DNA of 64,000 bases, from positions 64,001 to 128,000 of the forward strand of contig CAWJSR010000006.1 in assembly GCA_963845515.1 (NCBI GenBank), read 5' to 3'. Numbering within the stretch: position 1 is the first letter of the stretch; every line of letters begins with the position of its first letter. The notes below the pieces were generated by a model that made no database searches, had not been told where the DNA came from, and was given only the letters and a program-made list of their open reading frames with translations. The position numbers and the translations under genes are program-made. Positions 30,949 to 41,304 of the stretch are shown piece by piece. This DNA comes from an uncultured delta proteobacterium. Its GTDB lineage: Bacteria; Myxococcota; Myxococcia; Myxococcales; Anaeromyxobacteraceae.

Positions 30949-31881
30949 ATGCGTCGGCTCGTAGCCCTGACAATCCTCATGCTTGCGAGCGCGGCCGGTG
31001 CGGCGCCCAGGACCAAGGTCGCGGTCATGGACGTCAAGAACGTCCAGGGGGTGCCCGAGGGGACGGCGGCCATCCTCACCGACATCGTCGTGAGCGAGGT
31101 CGCGCGCTACGGCGCGGACGTGATCTCCAAGTCGGACATCGCGGCGATCGTGGGGTTCGAGAAGCAGAAGGCGCTGATGGGCTGCTCCGACGACTCCTCG
31201 TGCCTCGCCGAGATCGGCGGAGCGCTCGGCGTCGACTTCATGCTGACCGGTCAGGTCGGCCAGATCGGCTCGCGCTTCCGGATCTCGCTCATCCTCGTCG
31301 ACGTGAAGAAGGGGAAGGTGGCTGGACGCGCAGCCGACTTCTGCGACCGGAACGAGGACGCGCTCGCGAACGCCGCCATCACGCGCGTGCGGGAGATCGT
31401 CGCCATCATCCAGGCGGCCACCGCCGCGGACAGGGCGAAGGTCGCCGCCGCCACGAAGCCGCCGCCGGGTCTCGCAGCGGCGCCGCCGCCGCCCGAGCCG
31501 GAGGCGGTGCCGCTGCCGCCGCAGCCCGACGAGCCGTCGAGGCCGTCCACGCCATGGAGCCGCAAGAAGATCCTCGGGGTCTCGCTGACCGGCAGCGGCG
31601 GGCTGATGCTGGTCGGCGGCGCCTTCATGGGGCTGAAGGCGAAGCGGCTGGACCGCGACCTGGAGGCCGCCTCGAACGACCTCGGCTTCTACTACGACTA
31701 CCCGGCGCAGCGGGACAAGGTGAAGCGGACCGCGCTGATCGCCGACGTCCTCTACGGACTCGGCGCCGCCACGGCGGGGGCGGGCGTCTTCTTCTGGCTG
31801 ACCGACAAGCCGGCGCAGGTGGTCGTGGTGCCGGCGCTCGGTGACGGGCAGGCCGGCGTCGTCGCGATGGGCCGTTTCTAG
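30949..31881 (+). CDS. Secreted/membrane protein with TolB_N/CsgG-like N-terminal domain
   Basis: Signal peptide, GCSDDSSCLAEIGGALG, Pro-rich linker, two hydrophobic helices, C-terminal VVAMGRF. Confidence 0.7.
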   Translation: MRRLVALTILMLASAAGAAPRTKVAVMDVKNVQGVPEGTAAILTDIVVSEVARYGADVISKSDIAAIVGFEKQKALMGCSDDSSCLAEIGGALGVDFMLTGQVGQIGSRFRISLILVDVKKGKVAGRAADFCDRNEDALANAAITRVREIVAIIQAATAADRAKVAAATKPPPGLAAAPPPPEPEAVPLPPQPDEPSRPSTPWSRKKILGVSLTGSGGLMLVGGAFMGLKAKRLDRDLEAASNDLGFYYDYPAQRDKVKRTALIADVLYGLGAATAGAGVFFWLTDKPAQVVVVPALGDGQAGVVAMGRF

Positions 31882-31892
31882 GAGAGGGCACC

Positions 31893-33443
31893 ATGACCAG
31901 GAACTTCCGAAGCCTCGCCGTCGCCGCCATCGTCCTCTCAGCAGGCTGCAGCGCGGTGGTCGATCCCGAGAAGAACGATCCGCTCAAGACCGCCGAGGGG
32001 TTCTGCAACTCGGTCCAGGACACGCTCGACCGGCTCGGCTGCAATCTCTACGACTCCTGGGCCCCGGGCATCGCCCCGGCGGCGCTCGACCTGCAGCTCA
32101 CCTCGCTCCGCGGGAGCTGCGACAACCTCCAGGCCTTGGTCGACGCGGGGCACTTCGCCTACGACGAGGGCATCGCCGAGGACTGCCTCTCGGCGCTGGA
32201 GGCGAGGGGGTGCCGTTCCATCCACCTCGCGTACTACGGCGCGTGGCCGCTCGCCTGCACCAACGCGCTGAAAGGCAACGTCGCGCCGGGCGGAAGCTGC
32301 ACGTACGCGGACACCGGCCCGGTGCAGCAGGGGTCCTACAACGTCACGCTCAACGAGTGCACGCAGGGGAGCACCTGCCTCACGAACGACCTGGCGACCT
32401 GCGGCGGTGGCGTCTGCGGCTTCCGGTCGAACGTCCTCGAGAGCTGCGCGGGCAATCACGAATGCCAGCCGTACCTATACTGCGACTACAATGGCGGCTA
32501 CGTCTGCCGGCAGTACGTGGGCAGCGGCACAGCGTGCACCAGCTCGACACTCTGCGACCCCGACTACTTCTACTGCAGCGGGGGCTCATGCGCTGCGCTG
32601 CCCTCCGCTGGCCAGACCTGTGCCCCTGGCTCCAAGTGCCGCGTGGGCAACTGGTGCAGCTACAGCACCAACGTGTGCACGGCCTATGTCGGCTACAACG
32701 CCACCTGCAGCTACTCCTCGGGGCTCATCTGCGCCACGGGGCTCTTCTGTGCCACCGACTCGAAATGCCGCTACTACAACGGCGAAGGCGGCTCCTGTGC
32801 TTCGCCCGACCAGTGTGGTTCCTCCGGCAGTATCTCGCTCTACTGCGACGAGACGTCGACCTGTCGCCGATACCCGAGCGCGCCGATGCCTCAGGGAGCG
32901 AGCTGCTACAACCTGGGCACCTCATTCTGCGGGGACGGCCTCTTCTGCGACACCACCGGCGCCGTGGGCGCGGCCAACACCTGCCAGCCGAAGGTCGGCG
33001 GCGGCGCCCTCTGTCCAACCTACGAGATGTGCGCTGACGGGTACACCTGTCAGTACGACCCCACGATCGCGGGCAACGCGTGCAGGCGGTTGAAGGGGCT
33101 AGGCGAGAGCTGCGCTTCGATCAACTACGACTACTGCCAGCCCGGACTCTGGTGCGACGAGATGGGGAGCGACACCTGCAAGCTGCCCGGGGGTGCGGGG
33201 CAGCCCTGCGCCAACGGAGGCATGCAGGCCTGCGGCCCCGGCACCTACCCGGACTATGCGACGACCTGCACCTGCAGGGCGTTCCTCGGGGAAGGGGCCG
33301 CCTGCACCTCGAGCTACGAGTGCGGTGAATTCCAGACCGGCCGCAGGTGCCTAACGAGTGGCGGCCCGACCAGCACCTGCCAGACCCTGAGCTGCCGGGT
33401 GCCCGCCGGCTGGCTCGCCGGTGGCAGCGGCGGCGGCTACTAG
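31893..33443 (+). CDS. Cysteine-rich repeat lipoprotein
   Basis: Lipobox SAGC; repeated G..C.....C..GL.C modules. Confidence 0.8.
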   Translation: MTRNFRSLAVAAIVLSAGCSAVVDPEKNDPLKTAEGFCNSVQDTLDRLGCNLYDSWAPGIAPAALDLQLTSLRGSCDNLQALVDAGHFAYDEGIAEDCLSALEARGCRSIHLAYYGAWPLACTNALKGNVAPGGSCTYADTGPVQQGSYNVTLNECTQGSTCLTNDLATCGGGVCGFRSNVLESCAGNHECQPYLYCDYNGGYVCRQYVGSGTACTSSTLCDPDYFYCSGGSCAALPSAGQTCAPGSKCRVGNWCSYSTNVCTAYVGYNATCSYSSGLICATGLFCATDSKCRYYNGEGGSCASPDQCGSSGSISLYCDETSTCRRYPSAPMPQGASCYNLGTSFCGDGLFCDTTGAVGAANTCQPKVGGGALCPTYEMCADGYTCQYDPTIAGNACRRLKGLGESCASINYDYCQPGLWCDEMGSDTCKLPGGAGQPCANGGMQACGPGTYPDYATTCTCRAFLGEGAACTSSYECGEFQTGRRCLTSGGPTSTCQTLSCRVPAGWLAGGSGGGY

Positions 33444-35172
33444 AACACCGAACAGTTTGAAAGGGATCTCATCACGCCACCTTGCGCTGGATGGCTTCCA
33501 GATTCTGGATGGCCGAAGCGCGTCGTAGGTCGAAGAGGTTCTTCCGCACGCCGCGGTAGCGCGCGCGGCGGCCCTGCCGCCGGACGAGGTGCGCGAGCTT
33601 GTGCTCGACGCCGACCCGCTCGCGCAGGCGCTCTCGCCCGCGCGGGGTGGCGAGGTGCTTGCGGAGGCGGTGCTGGAGTCGCTCGTCCTCGGCGATGTTG
33701 ACGGAGCGCCCCGTGCCGGGTGCAGCGGCCGTGCACTTGGCGCGCTGGGGGCAGTGGTCGCAGGCTTCGGGGTCGAACTCCGTCACGGAGCCGAACTCGA
33801 TCGGCTCCACCTCGCCTGCTGGGCAGGTGATGGTGAGGTCGCGCATGTTGATCTTGAACGCGGCCTTGGTGAAAGCCCTCTTGCTCCTCGGGATCCAGGG
33901 ACGTGCAGACGATCTCGCCGCCGCGGCCCAGCACTTCGTCGACGAGCGCCGCCTTCACGTAGCCGCGGTCGATGAAGAGGGCGTCGATCTTGAGCCCCTG
34001 CTTCTCGATGTCGCCGGCCAGGTCGGGAGCGGCCTCGTCCTCGGGTCGGTTCGCCGGCGTGATCGCCCCGGAGAGAATGAGGCCGGAGTCCAGGTCGGTC
34101 GCGATGTGCCGCTTGTACCCGTTGAACCGCTTCGACTTGCTCTTGCGGCCGTGCCGCATCTCCCTGTCCTCGACGGAGACGCGGCGGTCCGGAGCGACGC
34201 CGTCCCGAATCTTCATCGCCGCCGCCGTCGGGATCCGGCTCGAGGTCCTGGTCGATGAGCTGCGCGAGGCTCTCGATCTCGTCTTTGAGCGGCGGCTTCT
34301 TCAACTCCTGCTTGAGATTCGTGGCGATCCAATCCTGAAGGTTCGCCAGTTGCATCGCGAGCACCCGGGCAGCCGACGCCTTCTGTGCCGGGTCGCTCCA
34401 GTCGAGGTCGAGCGCCTTCTTCACGCTCGACTCCGCGAGCAGCGGGGCGCCTGCCTCCAGGCACACCCGCTCCATCGACCAGTCCAGCATCCCTGCCGCG
34501 CACTCGACCACCTTCCGGCCGGCGTGCCCGAGCAGGTTGATGGTGTCCTCCACCCGACCGGCTCCTTCGAGCGGTGCCGAGTCGATGGCCACGCGGAGCG
34601 TCTTCGGCAGCTTCTTCCAGTCGAACTCCTCCGTGCGCTTCGCCAACTCGACCGTGCGCTCCAGCAGTCGCCGGTCCATGTCGTGCGCGATGAGCCGCTC
34701 GCGGAAGCCCTGCAGCGCGCCCTGCGAGAACGGTGGCTCAGTCGCGCCCAGGCAGTCGAGGACCATCTGCCACCGTAGGTCGAGAACCGTCGCCTCGACG
34801 GCGTCGAAGTCCGACAACCCGACGTAGCCCTGGAGCAAGAGCGCCATGGCGAGCTGCGCGGGCGGAACCGGGTCCTTGCCGGCCCCCGTGTCGCGGTACA
34901 TCGACTCCAGCTCCGCCTGGAACTTGTCGTCGAAGATCTCGTGCCGGTGCCTGCGCAGGAAGCCGAACAGCTTCCTCCTCTTCTCCAGCCGCTTCAGGAT
35001 GAACTGCTCCTGCCGCGTCACCGCCTGCTCCGGCTCCCAACGCTCCATCGCCACCTCCGCGCGGGCGAGGGCCCGCTCGAAGGCAAAGAGGATCACGGCC
35101 GGATGGGACCTGTCGATCCTCCCTGCGTAAGCGATGGGAATCATGGGGACTTCAACCCGATCGGTGCTCTAG
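33440..35172 (-). mobile_element. IS1182-like insertion sequence (~1.7 kb) with CTAG target duplication
   Basis: Imperfect terminal IRs (aacaccgaacagtttgaa / ttcaacccgatcggtgct); CTAG at 33440-33443 and 35169-35172; encloses a DDE transposase. Confidence 0.85.
33472..35048 (-). CDS. IS1182-family transposase, frameshifts near 34220 and 33900
   Basis: PVPPAQLAMALLLQ...LSD (DUF772-like), IDSAPL, GRKSKSKRFNGYKRH, DRGY and RVGVEHKL across three frames. Confidence 0.85.
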
Positions 35173-35181
35173 CGGGGTCCG

Positions 35182-35856
35182 CTAGGGCAGGACCCGCTCC
35201 ACCCAGGTCTTCATGATCGGCCGCCCCTCGACGCCCGCCACCGCGGGGGCGTCGTACTCGGCGACCGCCTCGAGCCCCGCGCGCGGCGTGTAGTGGCGCC
35301 CGGGATCTCCGGCGAGGACGAGCGCTCCACGCGCGGCCAGGCTCTGCAGCCACGGGAGGGCGCGCTCGGCCATCCTGCGCTCGTAGAAGATGTCGCCGGC
35401 GAGCACGACGTCGAACCCGACCAGCGGATCGCCGATCGCGTCGCCCAGCCGGAACTCGACCACGACGCCGTTGGCCGCGGCGTTGTGACGGACCGCGGCC
35501 TCGCAGTGTGGATCCAGGTCGAGCGCCAGCACCCGCGCAGCGCCAGCGCGCGCGGCGGCGATCGCGACGAGGCCGCTGCCGGTCGCGAAGTCCGCGACGG
35601 CGCGCCCCGCGACGACCTCCGGGTGATCGAGGACGTGGCGCGCGAGCGCCTGCCCGCCTGCCCACGGCACGGACCAGTAGGGCAGGTCGGGCCAGCCGGC
35701 CGGATCCTTGATCGACGTCTCCCACAGTGCCGCGGCGTCTTCCGCCTGGAGGAGCACGATCTCGGGGACGAGCGGCACGGGGGCCGGCGACGTCAGCCGA
35801 CGGATGAACTCCCCCATTGGGTCGCACTCGTCTGTATTGTCTGCCGCGCTCGTCAC
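35182..35856 (-). CDS. Class I SAM-dependent methyltransferase (PrmA/METTL20-like)
   Basis: PYWSVPWAGGQALAR, DFATGSGLVAIAA, LAGDIFYE and GDPGR. Confidence 0.85.
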   Translation of the reverse strand: MTSAADNTDECDPMGEFIRRLTSPAPVPLVPEIVLLQAEDAAALWETSIKDPAGWPDLPYWSVPWAGGQALARHVLDHPEVVAGRAVADFATGSGLVAIAAARAGAARVLALDLDPHCEAAVRHNAAANGVVVEFRLGDAIGDPLVGFDVVLAGDIFYERRMAERALPWLQSLAARGALVLAGDPGRHYTPRAGLEAVAEYDAPAVAGVEGRPIMKTWVERVLP

Positions 35857-35950
35857 CGAAGGCCTCTCATGGGACCGCGGAACCTACACCGCGCCGGTGC
35901 TCCCATGGTATCTGCAATGACGATTCCGAACCCGCCCAGGGAGCGTCTCC

Positions 35951-37111
35951 ATGCGCAATATCGTCCTTGCAGCCGCGGTCGCGCTGACCATCGCAGCAGC
36001 TGGCTGCGGCTCCTCCCGGCCCGCCGAGGGCCGTGACGCCGGGTGCGGCTCCTGCCACGGCTTCCCGCCGGCGACAGCGACGCACGCGTCGGCGCCAGGC
36101 GGCACCTGGGAGGCCACGGAGTGCGCGGTCTGCCACGTGACGAGCGTGAACGCGACCACCGGCGAGGTCATCCCTGTCTCCGCTGGCGGGACGCACGCCA
36201 ACGGGACCGTCGAGGGCCGCCATCCGGTCCCCTATCCCTCCGAGCAACATGGCCCCGCCGCCATCGCGAACCTCGGTTCGTGCAAGGCGTGCCACGGCGC
36301 GGACCTGCTCGGCGGCACCGCCGGTGTCTCCTGCAACCAGTGCCACAACGGCTGGCAGACCAACTGCACCTTCTGTCATGACGCGGTCGCCGATGCGCCC
36401 AACTTCCACACGCGCATCTCTGCCTCCGCTGTCAGCCCGCCGGAGTGCTCCGCTTGCCACGGCACCGGCTACTCCGCCTCGGCGCAGACCGTCAACGAGA
36501 CCACCCACATGAACGGCACGCGCGACATCCCTGGCGTCACGTGCACGAGCTGCCACGGCACGGGGGATGGCTCGGTTCTCGCCGGAACGCGGCGCCGCCA
36601 CTCGACGTGTACGGGGGGACGAACGTTGCGAAGGTCGGCGCCCATGCAGCGCACCTGGATGGACTGACCTACTCGAACGGCATCGCGTGCGCCAGCTGCC
36701 ACGCCACGGCGGGAACCTACGCCGTCAAGCACGCCGACGGTGTCGCCAACGTGGCCTTCACGGCGGCGATCGTGGCGGGCGGGACGTACGCGAGCGGGAC
36801 CTGCAGCTCGACGTACTGCCACGGGACGTTCACCGGCGGCACCAGCGCCGCCCCGACGTGGGACGGCTCCGTGACCTGCACCTCCTGCCACGCCAACCCG
36901 CCCGCGACCGGCAGGCACGCCCTGCACATGGCCCGGACCTTCATCAGCGTGCTCCTCGTGCCACGAGGGGTATGCGACGACGCAGGCCAACAGCGCCGTC
37001 ACCGTCAACAAGGCCGTCCACGTCAACGGCACGGAGGACGTCGCCGCGTTCTTCGACACGACCACGCGGACCTGTGGCGGTTGCCACGCCGTAGGCAGCG
37101 AGAGCTGGTAG
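35951..37111 (+). CDS. Multiheme c-type cytochrome lipoprotein (~12 heme motifs), frameshifts near 36590 and 36945
   Basis: Lipobox AAGC; 7 CxxCH in the first frame; CASCH, CSSTYCH and CTSCH in the second; CSSCH and CGGCH in the third. Confidence 0.8.
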
Positions 37112-37285
37112 CCGTCAAGGCGCGCTGTTGAAGGGCTCCGCGGGAGGCCCGGACGTCCGTCCGGCGCCTCCCGCGCCATTTCGTGCCTCGGACCCCTCCT
37201 GCCGTCGGTTCGGCTTGAGGCCCGCGCGCGCGGAACCTAGAATCCCGCACCCCCTGGATCCAGCGCTCCCCAATTGGAGGGACTC

Positions 37286-38840
37286 GTGTCAAAAGTGAAG
37301 CCCGTCCTGCTCGTCGTCCTCGACGGCTGGGGCAACCGCGCCGAGCGCGAAGCCAACGCCATCGCCATCGCGGGGACGCCGAACTTCGACGCGCTCGCCA
37401 ACGCGTTTCCCACCACGCAGGTCGAGACCTCCGGCAACGCCGTCGGCCTCCCCGACGGGCAGATGGGCAACTCCGAGGTGGGCCACATGAACCTCGGCGC
37501 CGGGCGCGTCGTCTACCAGGATCTCGTCCGGATCAACCGGGCCGTGGCCGACGGGGAGCTCTTCGAGAACGAGGCGCTCGTGGCCGCCTGCCGCAAGGCG
37601 AAGGCCGCTGGCGGCGCGGTCCACTTCATGGGGCTCCTCTCCGACGGCGGCGTACACAGCCAGCAGGAGCACCTCTACGCGCTGCTGGAGCTCGCGCGGC
37701 GCGAGGGGGTGGCGCGCGCCTGCGTGCACGCCTTCATGGACGGGCGCGACACGCCGCCGAAGTCGGGCATCGAGTACATGCGGCAGCTCAAGGCGCGGAT
37801 CGCGAAGACCGGCTACGGCACGCTCGCCACCGTGATGGGGCGCTTCTTCGCGATGGACCGCGACAAGCGGTGGGACCGGGTCGAGCAGGCGTACGCCGCG
37901 ATGGTGCGCGGCGAGGGGGTGAAGGCCAAGGGCGGCGTCGCCGCCCTGGAGCACGCCTACGCGGCGAACGAGACGGACGAGTTCGTCCGCCCGACCGTGG
38001 TCGTCGACGCCGACGGCAAGCCCAACGGGACCATCCGGGACGGCGACGCGATCGTCTTCTTCAACTTCCGCGCCGACCGCGCCCGGGAGATCACCCGCGC
38101 CTTCACCGACCCGGCGTTCAAGGACTTCGAGCGCGACGACGCGCCGAAGCTGTCGGCCTACGTCTGCCTGACGGAGTACGACAGGTCGTTCGGCCTGCCC
38201 GTGGCCTTCACCGCGCAGAGCCTGGACAGGATCTTCCCGCAGCTCGTCTCGGATGCCGGGCTCGCGCAGCTCCGCTGCGCGGAGACCGAGAAGTACGCGC
38301 ACGTCACCTTCTTCTTCAACGGAGGGCGTGAGCTGGTCTTCCCCGGTGAGGACCGGATCCTCGTCCCGAGCCCGCGCGACGTGAAGACGTACGACCAGAA
38401 GCCGGAGATGAGCGCGCGCGAGGTGGCGGACAAGCTGGTCGGCGCGATCGGCTCCGGCAAGTACGGGCTCATCGTCGCCAACTTCGCGAACCCCGACATG
38501 GTCGGCCACACCGGCGTCCTCGAGGCGGCCGTGAAGGCCGTGAAGGTCGTCGACGAGTGCGTCGGGCGGCTCTGCGGCGGCGGCGAAGAAGGCGGAGATG
38601 GCCATGATCGTGACCGCCGATCACGGCAACTGCGAGATGATGGTCGACCCGGTGACGGGTGAGCCGCACACCGCCCACACGCTCAACCCCGTCCCGTTCA
38701 TCCTCGGCCTGCGCCGACTTCAAGGGGGCGAAGCTCCGCTCCACCGGCGTCCTCGCCGATGTCGGCTCCGACCGCGCCTGCAGATCATGGGGCTGCCGCA
38801 GCCTGCCGAGATGAAGGGGCTGGGGCTGCTGCTCAGGTAG
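37286..38840 (+). CDS. gpmI: 2,3-bisphosphoglycerate-independent phosphoglycerate mutase, 3' frameshifts
   Basis: [46 protein letters not shown] and DMVGHTG; TADHGN in the next frame. Confidence 0.95.
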
Positions 38841-39089
38841 CGCCGTCCGTCGTCCCGGCGCGGGTTCGCTGCCGCTCGAAGTGTCGCTCACGACCTGCCG
38901 CGAGGCGGGGCGCGGTCGCGAGGTGCGACTCGCGCCTACGCCGGCCCCGCCCATCGGCGGCTATTCACCGGGAGCGCCGGCGTCCTATACGCGTACGTGT
39001 CGTTCGGATCGTGTGGACACGGCCGCGAGGAACGTCCCACCTCGCGCTGCACGGGACGCGCGCTGGGACCACGAGAGAGGCGCCACAGG

Positions 39090-40066
39090 ATCGATCACGC
39101 ATCGCGAACACCGCACCACCTTCGCATCGCTCCCGCTGCTCCTGGCGCTCGCCGCGTGCGGCCCCGCCGCAGTGACCCGCGTCGAGGTCGCCGTCGCGCC
39201 ATCGGTGCGCAGGCCGTGCCCGGCGGAACGGTGACCTTCGCGGCGTCGGTCACCGGCGCCGTCGACGCGCTCCGTCGACTGGGTCGTGCTCGAGGCTGGC
39301 GGCGGCTCCGTCGACGCGTCCGGCGCCTACACCCGCCCACGGAGCCAGGCACCTACCACGTGCGCGCGAGCAGCAAGACCAAGCCGGCAGCCCAGGGGCA
39401 GGCGACGGTCTCGGTCGGCCCGGTGGCCGTCGCCGTCGCGCCTGCCACCGCGTCGATCGTCGCCGGCGGCCAGGTCACCTTCGGCGCGGTCGTGACCGGC
39501 GCCAGCAATCCGGCGGTGACCTGGTCGGTCCTCGAGCCCGGCTGCGGTGCGGTCACCGCGGCCGGCGTCTACACTGCGCCGGCGGCGGCGGGCACCTGCC
39601 ACGTGATCGCCGCGAGCGCCGCGGTCCCCGGCAAGAGCGGCTCCGCCACCGTCACCGTCGCCGCGCCGCCGGTCGTCCCGGTCGTCTCGGTCGCGGTCGA
39701 GCCCGCCAGCGCCGCCCTCGACGCCTGCCGCGCCGTGAGCCTCTCCGCCACCGTGACCGGCACCTCCAACGGCGCGGTGACGTGGAGCGTCGCCGAGCGG
39801 GCGGCTGGCGGTGCGATCACGAGCGCCGGCGTCTACACGGCCCCAGCGACCGCCGGCACCTACCACGCCGTCGCGGCGAGCCAGGCCGATCCGGCCAGGA
39901 CCGCCACGGCCACGATCGTGGTCTCGAGCGGGTGCTCGCGGTGGCGCTGAGCCCCGCGACCGTCTCGGTCCCGCAGGGCGGCACGGCGCAGTTCACGGCG
40001 ACGGTGACGACCAGCTGCGGCACGACCACCGCGATCCGGACCGTGACGGCGGCCGGCACGCTCTAG
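39090..40066 (+). CDS. Ig-like (Big) repeat surface lipoprotein, multiply frameshifted
   Basis: LLALAAC lipobox; three repeats of VTG.....V.WSV......G.....GVYTAP...GTYHV; start not resolvable. Confidence 0.6.
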
Positions 40067-40080
40067 TTTGTTGGCGACGT

Positions 40081-40118
40081 CCCCTCTCCCTCATCGAGGG
40101 AGAGGGCGGGGGTGAGGG
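40081..40118. repeat. REP-like palindrome (ccctctccc...gggagaggg.gggtgaggg family)
   Basis: cccctctccctcatcgagggagagggcgggggtgaggg; related copies at 54709-54790 and 63516-63562. Confidence 0.7.
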
Positions 40119-40229
40119 CAGCGCGTGGCGAGGCGTCGCGGCGTGCGTGTCGGCGCCACCTCGGTCGGCATGTTCGCGGCGGATCGCGTGACCTGAGGCG
40201 GCGCCACCCGCGTCGACGGATCGCGATTG

Positions 40230-40437
40230 TCGACGCCGCCCCAGGTCGGGCGCGGGCGGACCGAGCGACGGCGTAACGGCAGGGAGCCTTCCGGGCCAAC
40301 GGCGCCGTCGAGGGGCGGGAGGTGGTGATCGTGGACGACGTCGTGACGACCGGCGCGACGGCGGACGCCGCGGCGAGGGCGCTCCTGGACGCGGGAGCCA
40401 CGCGCGTCCGGTGGCCGCGCTGGCCGGTCGCAGTGAC
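40230..40437 (+). pseudogene. Degenerate 3' fragment of a comF paralog
   Basis: Encodes PQVGRGR..R..N and VVIVDDVVTTGATADAAARALLDAGA, matching the end of the adjacent comF with mostly third-position differences. Confidence 0.75.
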
Positions 40438-40473
40438 CCTCCGCGCGGCGCTCCTGCCGCACGGAGGTTCCGC

Positions 40474-41202
40474 ATGTTCGACTCGCTCCGCGTCTCCGCC
40501 TCGTCCGCGGCGGCCGCGCTTCGTCCGCTCGCCCGCTCCCTGGCCGAGCTGGCCTGGCCACCGCGCTGCGCGGGGTGCCGCGCCACGTGCGACCAGGAGC
40601 CCTTCTGCCCGGCCTGCGAGGACGCGCTCCTGGAGGTCCAGTCGGGCTGCGGACGCTGCGGCCTGCCGGGCCCCGGCGCCGTCTGCGGCGCCTGCTTCGC
40701 CTCGCCGCCCGCCTTCTCCTCGGTGCGCGCCGGCGGGCTCTTCGGCGGGCCGCTCGCGGACGCCGTGCACGCGCTCAAGTACGGTGACCGGCCTGCACTG
40801 GCACGACCGCTCGGGGCGTGGCTCGCCCGGCGAGTGGCCCTCCCGCGCGGGGCGGCGATCGTCTCCGTGCCCCTCGGCCGGCGCCGCCGGCTCGAGCGGG
40901 GCTACGATCAGGCGTCGCTCCTGGCCGACGAGCTCGCGTCGGCCGCAGGGAGGGCGGAGGGGCGGCTGCACGGGGTCCTTCTGAGGATCCGGGAGACGGC
41001 GCCGCAGGTGGGGCGGGGGAGGAGCGAGCGGCAGCGGAACGTGCGCGGAGCCTTCTGGGCGAACGGCTCGGTCGAGGGGCGCGAGCTGGTGCTGGTCGAC
41101 GACGTCGTGACGACGGGCGCCACCGCCGATGCAGCGGCGAGGGCGTTGCTCGACGCCGGCGCTGCGCGCGTCACGGTCGTGGCGCTCGCCAGGGCCGAGT
41201 AG
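40474..41202 (+). CDS. comF: ComF family competence protein (double zinc ribbon + PRTase)
   Basis: CAGC/CPAC/CGRC/CGAC, ERGYDQA and LVDDVVTTGAT. Confidence 0.9.
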   Translation: MFDSLRVSASSAAAALRPLARSLAELAWPPRCAGCRATCDQEPFCPACEDALLEVQSGCGRCGLPGPGAVCGACFASPPAFSSVRAGGLFGGPLADAVHALKYGDRPALARPLGAWLARRVALPRGAAIVSVPLGRRRRLERGYDQASLLADELASAAGRAEGRLHGVLLRIRETAPQVGRGRSERQRNVRGAFWANGSVEGRELVLVDDVVTTGATADAAARALLDAGAARVTVVALARAE

Positions 41203-41304
41203 CCGCTGGGCCCGGGGTGGCGGGGCCCTCCCCACGGTCCCGGCGAGAAAGGTGTGCGCTCGGAGGAAGTGCAAAGGGAGCCCGCGCGTTATCCTCTCGG
41301 CTCC

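Noticed and set aside
40230..41202. comF fragment/comF pair as a diversity-generating retroelement TR/VR
   Set aside because: Differences are mostly synonymous and not adenine-specific, and no reverse transcriptase is in the window.
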